DNA of 64,000 nt from an uncultured Verrucomicrobiae bacterium (GTDB lineage: Bacteria; Verrucomicrobiota; Verrucomicrobiia; Chthoniobacterales; UBA10450). The stretch's first letter is position 1. Each line of letters starts with the position of its first letter. The notes below the pieces were generated by a model. The model saw only the letters and a program-made list of their open reading frames with translations, was not told where the DNA came from and did not search any database. The stretch spans positions 35,898 to 99,897 of the forward strand of contig CAWDGJ010000009.1 of assembly GCA_963801815.1 (NCBI GenBank), written 5' to 3'. The position numbers and the translations under genes are program-made. Below, one piece after another: positions 11,720 to 19,780 of the stretch.

Positions 11720-11738
11720 GCACGTTAATCGAGTCGGC

Positions 11739-11791
11739 TGTAGGGAAAGCAGTTTGCTTCGCGAAGAGGGACGCTAGCAGCGTCCCCTACA
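11739..11791. repeat. GTAG-type REP doublet
   Basis: tgtagggaaagcagtttgcttc ... gggacgctagcagcgtcccctaca. Confidence 0.7.
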
Positions 11792-11829
11792 AAGGCTTGC
11801 ACGATTAGCTTCACCGTGTTTGCTCTCTA

Positions 11830-13041
11830 ATGCTTCTGACGGTTAGCAAACGGCTCGAATTTTCGGCCTCGCGCCGACTATTCGTTTCGCGCTGGAGCGA
11901 GAGCGAAAACGTCGCGGCCTTTGGTGACGAAAGTCGCGCGAAACACGGAACCGGACGCAATTACGTTGCGTTTTTTGTTTTCAGCGGACGCGTCGACCCT
12001 GTGACCGGGATGCTGATTAACATCAGCGAGATAAAACACCGCGCGGGCGAGATCGTGGACGATCGTTTTGATCACAAGTTTCTGAATGAGGACAATCCAG
12101 CGTTTCGTCCGGCAGCTGCCGGACCGCCGACCGCCGAGAACATCGCCCGTCAGCTTTTCAACGACGTCGCGCCGCTGTTCTCCGATGTGGATGCAAAGCT
12201 CGTCGCGGTTCATTTGATCGAATCGCCGGACCGTAGTGCAACGTTTTACGTCGATGGCGTGTGCGACTCCAATTACTGGTTCGAATTTTCGGCCGCGCGC
12301 CAAACCATGTCGCCACGTTTAACCACCGCCGAAAACGCGCAAATCTTCGGCGAATCCACCACCGTGCATGGTCACAACTACCGGACGCGCCTCACGTTTC
12401 GGAAAGAAAAGGCGGAGACCCCAATCGTCCATCAACGGGACGTCGATTTTTGTCGCAAATCGCTGCACGATGAACTCGATCACCGGTTTCTCAACCAGCT
12501 GCCATCATTGAAGGACCGGCCGATCACAACGGAGAGCCTCGGTCTTTACATCCGCGAACGAGTCGCTGCGACGCTGCCGATTCATCGCCTACGTTTGCAC
12601 GAGCGCGACGATTTCTTTTCTGAAGTCTGGCCGGACCAGAATGTTTTTCTGGGATTGCAGACGCGTTTCAGCGCCGCCCACCGATTACATGTCCCATCGT
12701 TTTCCGATGCAAAGAACCAGGAGTTATTTGGCAAATGCGACAATCCGCGCGGTCACGGTCATCTCTACCTCGCCGAAGCGACGATCGGTGGAAACTACGA
12801 CGAACGAACCGGAACGGTCTACGATTTTGTCTCTTTTCAGAAAGCGCTGCATGATTCTGTCGAACCGTGGAAGGACCGGCATCTCGACTTGGAAACCGAG
12901 GAGTTCCGTGCAATCTCGTCCACCGGAGAAAATATTGTCCGCGCGCTCTGGCCGAAGATCGACAACCGCGTGAACCACCAACTGGCGCGATTGCGTTTGT
13001 GGGAAACGAAGAACAATCGGTTTACCTTGCGAAGAACATGA
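11830..13041 (+). CDS. 6-pyruvoyl-tetrahydropterin synthase (PTPS/QueD T-fold) with three tandem domains
   Basis: three repeats of FSA..R/H ... G.NY ... T.E ... L.E; the third domain has FSAAHRL and GKCDNPRGHGH (Cx5HGH). Confidence 0.88.
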   Translation: MLLTVSKRLEFSASRRLFVSRWSESENVAAFGDESRAKHGTGRNYVAFFVFSGRVDPVTGMLINISEIKHRAGEIVDDRFDHKFLNEDNPAFRPAAAGPPTAENIARQLFNDVAPLFSDVDAKLVAVHLIESPDRSATFYVDGVCDSNYWFEFSAARQTMSPRLTTAENAQIFGESTTVHGHNYRTRLTFRKEKAETPIVHQRDVDFCRKSLHDELDHRFLNQLPSLKDRPITTESLGLYIRERVAATLPIHRLRLHERDDFFSEVWPDQNVFLGLQTRFSAAHRLHVPSFSDAKNQELFGKCDNPRGHGHLYLAEATIGGNYDERTGTVYDFVSFQKALHDSVEPWKDRHLDLETEEFRAISSTGENIVRALWPKIDNRVNHQLARLRLWETKNNRFTLRRT

Positions 13042-13045
13042 TTTT

Positions 13046-13105
13046 TGGAGGGACGCGCTCCGTCGCGTCCTTTAGGTTAGGGACATGACGGAGCATGTCC
13101 CTCCA
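13046..13105. repeat. GGAG-type REP doublet
   Basis: tggagggacgcgctccgtcgcgtcc ... ggacatgacggagcatgtccctcca. Confidence 0.8.
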
Positions 13106-13113
13106 TTGCTGAG

Positions 13114-13806
13114 ATGAAGAGGATTCTCATTACCGGTGCGAGTCGCGGGATCGGCCGCGCAATCGCGGAAAAGCTCGCGGCGCAGGAAGTGACTTTGCTT
13201 CTGCATGGCCGGGACACGATAGCCCTGGCTGAGACTTGCAAAGCCATCCAACCACATTGCGCGAAAGTAGTGAGACTCATCCACGATCTGGCAACCGAAA
13301 AAGGCGTCGCGAACTTGATTTCAGAGGTTGGCAGCGAACCGCTCGATGTTCTGATTAACAATGCCGGCGTCGCCGTAGTAAAACCGTTTCGTGAGATTAC
13401 TCCGGAAGAATGGCGGCAAACCTTGGGAGTGAATGTGACTGCGCCGTTTTTGTTGATGCAAAGCCTCGCCGGACAAATGCCGCCGGGATCGAGTATCGTG
13501 AATATCCTTTCGGTTGCAGCCAAGACCGCGTTTCCAAACTGGAGCGCGTATTGCATGAGCAAATTTGCGCTCGAAGGGTTCTCTCAATCCGTGCGCGCCG
13601 AACTGCGCGAGCATTGTGTCCGCGTGATCAACATATATCCGTCAGCAACCAACACTGAGATTTGGGATGATGTCGCAGGCGATTGGCCACGCGAAAAGAT
13701 GATTGCCGCGGAGCAAGTAGCTGACGCGGTTGCCTACGCACTGTCACGTCCAGCCGATGTTGCGGTCGAAAATATTACACTCTCCAACGCCTCCGGAAAT
13801 CTGTAA
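13114..13806 (+). CDS. short-chain dehydrogenase/reductase, probable sepiapterin reductase
   Basis: TGASRGIG, NNAG, YCMSK catalytic motif; lies directly after folE and the PTPS. Confidence 0.75.
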   Translation: MKRILITGASRGIGRAIAEKLAAQEVTLLLHGRDTIALAETCKAIQPHCAKVVRLIHDLATEKGVANLISEVGSEPLDVLINNAGVAVVKPFREITPEEWRQTLGVNVTAPFLLMQSLAGQMPPGSSIVNILSVAAKTAFPNWSAYCMSKFALEGFSQSVRAELREHCVRVINIYPSATNTEIWDDVAGDWPREKMIAAEQVADAVAYALSRPADVAVENITLSNASGNL

Positions 13807-13818
13807 GCTGGACGCGAG

Positions 13819-14661
13819 ATGATCTCGCCAAACGACATCACCGTAAACGTGGTCGCTTCGATTATTGCGTCGGCCTTCTTTCTCGTTGCCGGCTTCATCT
13901 GGGGGAAATACAAGGAGCGTCGACGGAAATTTGGACGAAATCTCGAGGACTACGATTTTTATCCATTCACCGTCACACGGGAAAATTTCGGGGAATTCAA
14001 TCTGAACAATTTCCGGCTCGGAATGCATTACTTTCTCAAGAACGAGGATCACACCGCCGCGCGGCAATTAATTTTCATTGGCGAGCAAAGCAATGTCCGG
14101 GCGCAGCTTGAACCGACCGAACAGAAGGTTTACGCGCAGTTGTTTGAGAAGTATGACGGCAAGAAGATCATCGATGACACACACGAATTTCTCGAGAACT
14201 ACGAACGGATCGTCCGACTCGTCGGTAAATCATTTCCGAACACCGGAATCGAGATTCTACTGCACAACCTGGCCGACCCCGCGCACTCGCTGATTACACT
14301 CGAAAACAATGTCACGGGCCGGCATCTGCGCGACGGAGCGACAAATCTTCTGATCGACTTTAAGCGCCGGCAGCTCACGAATGAGGACAAGCTGAATTAC
14401 GAGCTGAATATCGGCTCGCGAAAGTTCAAGTGCACTTCGATTCCAATCAAGCGCAAGGATTTCGGAATAGTCGGCGGGATCTGCATCAACATCGACGCCA
14501 ACTACATCACCGACGAAGTCCTGAAGGATCAGCAACGGATCGAAACCTGGTTTCGGAATTTTCTCCGGACCGACATGCAGCTCGACGAAAATATTCTGAG
14601 CAAAGACGAATACGCCAAGGCGCTGAAGGGAAAGCGCCACTTCAAAGACGAGAGCGTGTGA
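13819..14661 (+). CDS. membrane-anchored YheO-like PAS (PAS_6) domain protein
   Basis: N-terminal TM helix; EILLHNL...NNVTGR...NY...GGICINID pattern; no C-terminal HTH seen. Confidence 0.7.
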   Translation: MISPNDITVNVVASIIASAFFLVAGFIWGKYKERRRKFGRNLEDYDFYPFTVTRENFGEFNLNNFRLGMHYFLKNEDHTAARQLIFIGEQSNVRAQLEPTEQKVYAQLFEKYDGKKIIDDTHEFLENYERIVRLVGKSFPNTGIEILLHNLADPAHSLITLENNVTGRHLRDGATNLLIDFKRRQLTNEDKLNYELNIGSRKFKCTSIPIKRKDFGIVGGICINIDANYITDEVLKDQQRIETWFRNFLRTDMQLDENILSKDEYAKALKGKRHFKDESV

Positions 14662-14670
14662 TTCTCCGCA

Positions 14671-14730
14671 TGGAGGGACGACCTCCGTGTCGTCCGAAAT
14701 TTGTGGGACGTGACGGAGCACGTCCCTCCA
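14671..14730. repeat. GGAG-type REP doublet
   Basis: tggagggacgacctccgtgtcgtcc ... ggacgtgacggagcacgtccctcca between convergent genes. Confidence 0.8.
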
Positions 14731-14738
14731 AGTGAGGA

Positions 14739-16554
14739 TTACTTCCGCGACGCCGCCAGCGCAGCCTGGTATTCCGGTCTTTTGTGATACTCGACCAGCC
14801 GGAATCCCCAACCAATTAACGTCGAGAGATCCTTGGTCTTCGTTTTCTTGTCGTTCAGGAATTTCTCGATCTTGGCTTTGAGTGACTTTTGCTCGGACCG
14901 ATTCGGGAAGCTAACAGCTTCTCCTACAGGCATCATGTCGAGGATTTCGAAGATTTCCATCGACAACAGCCAGTCTTCCGGATGTTCGGCCTGTTGGGTT
15001 TCCCAAATTTCACCGAGGCGTTCGTAACCCTTCTTGATTTCACGAATCTTACGCACCTGCGCGTAAAGATTCTCCAGCTTCTTCCGCTTTGCGTCGGACG
15101 GGACTTTGATTGTGCGCTCCTTGGGAACCAGCGCGACCTGATTGTAGGCATCTTTGTCAGCGGCGCCGTTAAACACCGAAGTGATCCGATCGCCAACAGC
15201 CATGTCGTACGTCCCCCAGCACGGATCGAACAAAACGCGATCGCCATATTTCGCGGTGCAATTTGAGAATGTAATCACCAGCAACTTGCCGTCGCGTTCG
15301 AGCAACTTGTCGACCTTGCCTTCCACGGTGATGCCGCTTCCGAAGTCCAGTTTTGTCTTTTTGCCTGTCTTGATTTCAGTTGGCTTCCAATTGCCGATGG
15401 GCGAACCGAAGCCCTCTTTGTGATAATCGCGGCCGTGTCCTGGTAGCTCTTTGTCTTTGTAAGCAAGCGAGCACGGACCTTTCGCGTGCAAATAAATCGG
15501 CGTCCGAGCCGGACTGGCACTATTGTTTTGATCGACGATGACTTCATCGAAGGTGCCGGTGACTTGCAGTCCCGATGAATACTGGCAGGTCGCGACGTTC
15601 GCGCATTCGACAGCTTTGTTGATCCCTTCGAGACCACCGACCGAATACGCCATTTTGTTCGCGAATTGTTCGAGCACATCCTTGAGATGTTCGAAATCAC
15701 GACAGACAAACAACTGCGGTTGCTTGGTAGTAATGTCGAACGCCTGATTCATCGCGTCGATGGAGTAGGGGATCTTCTTTACATGCGGCTCCAAACAGGA
15801 AACCGATTCGCCGATCGACGAAAGCAAACCGGCGCCGTAGATCTTCGGATTCTCAAGCGAACCGATGAGCCCGTACTCGACCGTCCACCAATGCAAGCGC
15901 GACAGCAGCGCCATCTCGGACGGTTCACCGAGATTGGCGAAACGGCGTTCCACTTCGCGCGTGGCCTCCGCGACTTCATTTGCATCGCTGTTCGGCTGTT
16001 CCTTCAAAATCGATAAGTGCCGGATCGCTTGATACAGCTCGAAATCTTTTTTCGACGACATCGCTCTCGCGCCGACTTCGCCGAAACGCTGGAGATAATT
16101 TGAGTATTCGCGATCGACGATAATCGGCGCATGTCCTGCGGCCTCATGCACAATGTCCGGCGCCGGAGTGTATTCGATGTGATGGATCTGGCGCATGTCG
16201 CACGCGATGACGAGAACTTTGTAGGCCTGAAATTCCATGAATGCGGCCGGCGGAATGAATCCGTCCACCGCGACCGCGCCCCAGCCGATCTTGCCGAGGA
16301 TTTCGTTCATTTCCTCGATCCGCGGAATGCGCTCGAACGAAATGCCGGTGTCGAGCAGGCCCTGGAAATAGACTTTGTGGGCGTATTCGCGAAGGAAGAA
16401 AATGTTCTGCCGCATGATGAACCGCCACACCGCGTGATCGACCGGCGTGTAATCGTCGTAGCGCTGATCGACCGCGAACTGGAGCAAATGTTTCGGACAA
16501 CTGGCGACCGCGTGCGTTGTCGTAGCTGATACCGCTCTTGGATTTCATCGACAT
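14739..16554 (-). CDS. phhA: pterin-dependent aromatic amino acid hydroxylase (long form, probable phenylalanine 4-monooxygenase)
   Basis: YTPAPDIVHEAAGHAP, WWTVEYGL, YGAGLLSS; main ORF 14739..16487; likely true start near 16554/16548 with one frame break near 16510. Confidence 0.88.
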
Positions 16555-16595
16555 CTTCCTGCCTGATAAAATATGGCGCGTTTGGGCTCGGAGCA

Positions 16596-16685
16596 AGGTG
16601 GATCGAGCGCTCCGCGCTCGATGTTAGAGTGAGCAGCAAAGCTGCCAATTATCTATCATCGTCCGACGGAGCGGCCGATCCACCT
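16596..16685. repeat. REP-like inverted doublet
   Basis: aggtggatcgagcgctccgcgctcgatg ... catcgtccgacggagcggccgatccacct. Confidence 0.65.
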
Positions 16686-18708
16686 ACCTGCGTCGACCGC
16701 GAATCCGCTTCACGATCCAGATAATTGCAACCAGCCCAATGACCCATGGCGCGAGGAACGCGATTGCGACGCCGATCATCCTCAAACTCCACATGATCGC
16801 CGCCGAACTTTGTCCAATGGTGCGCCGCAGCGTCGCAAACAGGCCGGTGTCTGAGGATACGATATTGCCCTGGCTGTAAACCTGGATCGACAGATCTGCC
16901 GGCGCGTTTGCCTCATCGTTTTGTGCGCCGTTGCGATCCGGGCGTTGCACGCTGACGTTTTCGACTTTGCCGAGCGAATCGAGCGACTTCATAACCTCGT
17001 TGTAATTCTTCATCGGCACGCGCAACGAGACGGTCGCGAATTCCTGACCGTTCGGATCCCGCGAGAACGAGGAGGCGCGCACCCGCCCGCCCTGCTTTTC
17101 GACGAGATCGCGCAGTTTCTTAGCTTTTTCGTCCACGTCTGATGTGCGAATACGCAACGTTGTTTGTTGGAACGCTGCTTCCTGTTCGTCGCGCGAGATC
17201 GCGATGTTCAGCTCTACCTTGTCTCGCTTCGTGCTCGCATTTTCCGACATTCCCTCGCCGCCCTGCGAGATGCGTTGGGTTTGGACTTGGAAATTCTCGA
17301 CCCGCCCCATGCCTTTCGTTTTTGCGATCACGGCATCACTTTCTTCGGGAGCAATCAACATGCTCATTCGTGCGGAAACACGACCGGTATTGTCGCGATC
17401 CAATTGCGCGTTCGTGATTTGAACTTTCGGCGACACCAGAGCTTTGAGGTCATTATAAACTTTTTCGACCTCCGGAGTGTAGAGAGCGAGCTGAGCACGT
17501 TCCTTCAACAGATATTTTGCCGCTTCCTCCAAATCCTTTTCCGCGAGCGAAATCGTTACCGTTGCGAATTGGACTTGTGAGTCCCAAAACTTCAGCTCGC
17601 CCTGCATCTTCTCGATCTCTTCCCGCACGCGACTCAGTTCTTTCTCGACTTGAAGCAGATCAGAAACTTTTCCGGCCTTGGTCTTCAACATGTCGATCAG
17701 CCGCTGTTCTATCACGCGCCCATTCTTCAGCCGCGCTTCGGTATCGAAATACGCTTTGGTGACGTCTTCCGTGCCGATCGTTTGGTTCTTTAACTCGCCA
17801 AGGCCGCGAAGTTTTTGAAGCAAGCGGTCCAAGTTTTCCGGAAGGATCTTGACCACAATTTGACCGTGGAGCTTGCCGTTCGCTTGTTTCTGTGAATCGC
17901 TTGTCGCGACGTAACCGCGTTCGTCGGCCGCGAACACGGTGATCTTTTGAACCGCTTGATCGAAGCTAACGATCTCCAGCTCGACAGTTGCATTGCGGAC
18001 CAGTTTACGGTTCGAGAGCGCAGAGGAGACCGGCGGCTCTTCCGCTGACGCCTCCGCTTTCTCGTTCGGCACAACAGTTTGCGCAGCCGTGGACGTTTGA
18101 CCTGCGTTTGTCAGATTTTCTCTCCGACCGTCTTTTATTTCGTCGCGGAACTCGGGCTTTGGAGCAGCAGGTGCTGAGGCAACATCCGAACGGTAGCGCA
18201 ATCCGCCGGCGATTCGGTCCGTCTCTTTCGCCCCCGTCTTGGATTTGGCTAGGTCAGCACCTTCCAAAGTGACTGGCACAGGTGTTTGAGCGAGCTGAGT
18301 GCCGAACTGACTTTCCTCGTTAGCGTCCGCGTATCTGTTCGGCTCAATCAGCCGTTCGCCTGTGATCATTCGCCCAATTTGGATGAGCGCGAGAACAACC
18401 GCGGCCACAGCCGCGATTTGCGCGGAACGCCAGCGCGTAAGATTGAAAACGAACCTCATGATGCTGTCAGACTTTTGGGGAATTCGATTGCGGAAGCCCA
18501 TGAGCATCCGATTCTCGAACGCGACATCGGGCTTTTCGTTTTCGAATTTTTCTTCCAGAACTTTGTTCATAGCTTTTGTTTCCTGATGGGCTTGGCGGCA
18601 ATCGGCGCATTCGACGAGATGAGTGTGCAACGCGTTCCGTTCTTCCTCGGAAAGCTCACTGTGGAGATCGGCTGCTAAATATTCGTCGATATTATCGTGA
18701 ATGGTCAT
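16684..18708 (-). CDS. zinc-finger (HxxxCxxC) anti-sigma factor with DUF4349-like extracytoplasmic domains
   Basis: HLVECADC; TM helix; RKLVRNA...EDVT..YFD..ARL domain plus a second related domain; C-terminal TM; overlaps the sigma gene stop. Confidence 0.8.
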   Translation of the reverse strand: MTIHDNIDEYLAADLHSELSEEERNALHTHLVECADCRQAHQETKAMNKVLEEKFENEKPDVAFENRMLMGFRNRIPQKSDSIMRFVFNLTRWRSAQIAAVAAVVLALIQIGRMITGERLIEPNRYADANEESQFGTQLAQTPVPVTLEGADLAKSKTGAKETDRIAGGLRYRSDVASAPAAPKPEFRDEIKDGRRENLTNAGQTSTAAQTVVPNEKAEASAEEPPVSSALSNRKLVRNATVELEIVSFDQAVQKITVFAADERGYVATSDSQKQANGKLHGQIVVKILPENLDRLLQKLRGLGELKNQTIGTEDVTKAYFDTEARLKNGRVIEQRLIDMLKTKAGKVSDLLQVEKELSRVREEIEKMQGELKFWDSQVQFATVTISLAEKDLEEAAKYLLKERAQLALYTPEVEKVYNDLKALVSPKVQITNAQLDRDNTGRVSARMSMLIAPEESDAVIAKTKGMGRVENFQVQTQRISQGGEGMSENASTKRDKVELNIAISRDEQEAAFQQTTLRIRTSDVDEKAKKLRDLVEKQGGRVRASSFSRDPNGQEFATVSLRVPMKNYNEVMKSLDSLGKVENVSVQRPDRNGAQNDEANAPADLSIQVYSQGNIVSSDTGLFATLRRTIGQSSAAIMWSLRMIGVAIAFLAPWVIGLVAIIWIVKRIRGRRR

Positions 18709-19247
18709 GGCTGTTCGGAGGCGAGGGCGGGTTTGAGTCGTTTGCGCATCGATGCCAGCGCACGGCCGAGAATTCCGCGCAGCGAACCATTGGTCAGACC
18801 AAGTCGATTCTCGATTGTCGCGTAATCCATCCCTTCGAAGTAGCGAAGCGACAGCGCGGCCCGATGGAGATCAGGAAGCGATGCGAGCGCTGAATGCAGG
18901 TGTTGGTCCAAAACGGCGTTTTCGATGAGGTCCGTCGGACCTGACGGAGCAGGTCCCTCCATTTCTTTGGGATCAGGCCGGCGCTTTCTGAAAACGTCGC
19001 GGGCGCGATGACGCGCGATCATGCAAAGCCAGGCCGGGAACTTCTCCGGATCCCGCACCCGCCAGCGTGATTTCCAGGCTTTGACCAGCGCGTCCTGAAC
19101 CGCGTCCTCAGCTTCTTCGCGATTCTGGAGAATGCCGTAAGCAATGGCGAAAAGGGGCCGACTGTGGGTGCGGATGATCATTTCAAATGCCTCGCGATCG
19201 CCCTGAATGGCTGCCCGGTAAACTTCGCGCTCATTGGCGTCCATCAT
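18705..19247 (-). CDS. ECF RNA polymerase sigma factor
   Basis: GDREAFE, AEDAVQDA, FPAWL, LRYFEGMDY..I sigma2/sigma4 motifs. Confidence 0.92.
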   Translation of the reverse strand: MMDANEREVYRAAIQGDREAFEMIIRTHSRPLFAIAYGILQNREEAEDAVQDALVKAWKSRWRVRDPEKFPAWLCMIARHRARDVFRKRRPDPKEMEGPAPSGPTDLIENAVLDQHLHSALASLPDLHRAALSLRYFEGMDYATIENRLGLTNGSLRGILGRALASMRKRLKPALASEQP

Positions 19248-19367
19248 GTTGATCTAAAGCCTAGACGCCTGGACTGGCCATTCCGCGCGAAAAATCTTCA
19301 AGAAATATCGAAATGCGAATTTCGAAGCCCGAAACAAGTCACTAGAATATTGAAATCCGAACCCCCC

Positions 19368-19730
19368 ATGAACAGCAACAGCGGCGATAAGCCGTACAAT
19401 CTTGAGGAGCGAACATTTCAATTCGCAAGAACGAGTCGAATATTCGCTAAGCGACTGCCAAGAACAGTTACCAATTCTGAGGACGTGAAACAGCTCATTC
19501 GCGCTTCAGGCTCAATAGGAGCGAATTATATTGAGGCGAACGAATGCATCGGCAAAAAGGATTTCGTAATGAAGATCAAGATTTGCCGACGAGAAGCGAA
19601 AGAAAGTGCTTACTGGCTTCGCTTACTCGATTGCGACGATAGTCTGGAGCAGGAGCGCAGTGAGCTGACGAGTGAAGCCTTGGAATTGATGAAGATCTTT
19701 GGCTCGATCGCCCGAAAATCCGGCGGCTGA
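19368..19730 (+). CDS. four helix bundle protein (TIGR02436 / 23S IVS protein-like)
   Basis: LEERT, QLIRASGSIGANYIEA, KDF...IC.REAKES.YWL. Confidence 0.9.
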   Translation: MNSNSGDKPYNLEERTFQFARTSRIFAKRLPRTVTNSEDVKQLIRASGSIGANYIEANECIGKKDFVMKIKICRREAKESAYWLRLLDCDDSLEQERSELTSEALELMKIFGSIARKSGG

Positions 19731-19780
19731 ATTTTTTGATTCGGACTTGTTTCGGATTTCGACTCGAATTTCGGATTTTA

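Noticed and set aside
11830..13041. Queuosine or 7-deazaguanine DNA-modification pathway (folE + queD)
   Set aside because: No queC, queE, queF, tgt or dpdA nearby; the motif is Cx5HGH rather than QueD Cx3HGH, and the context is an aromatic amino acid hydroxylase.
19368..19730. Diversity-generating retroelement (Avd-like gene)
   Set aside because: No reverse transcriptase and no TR/VR pair differing at adenines nearby.
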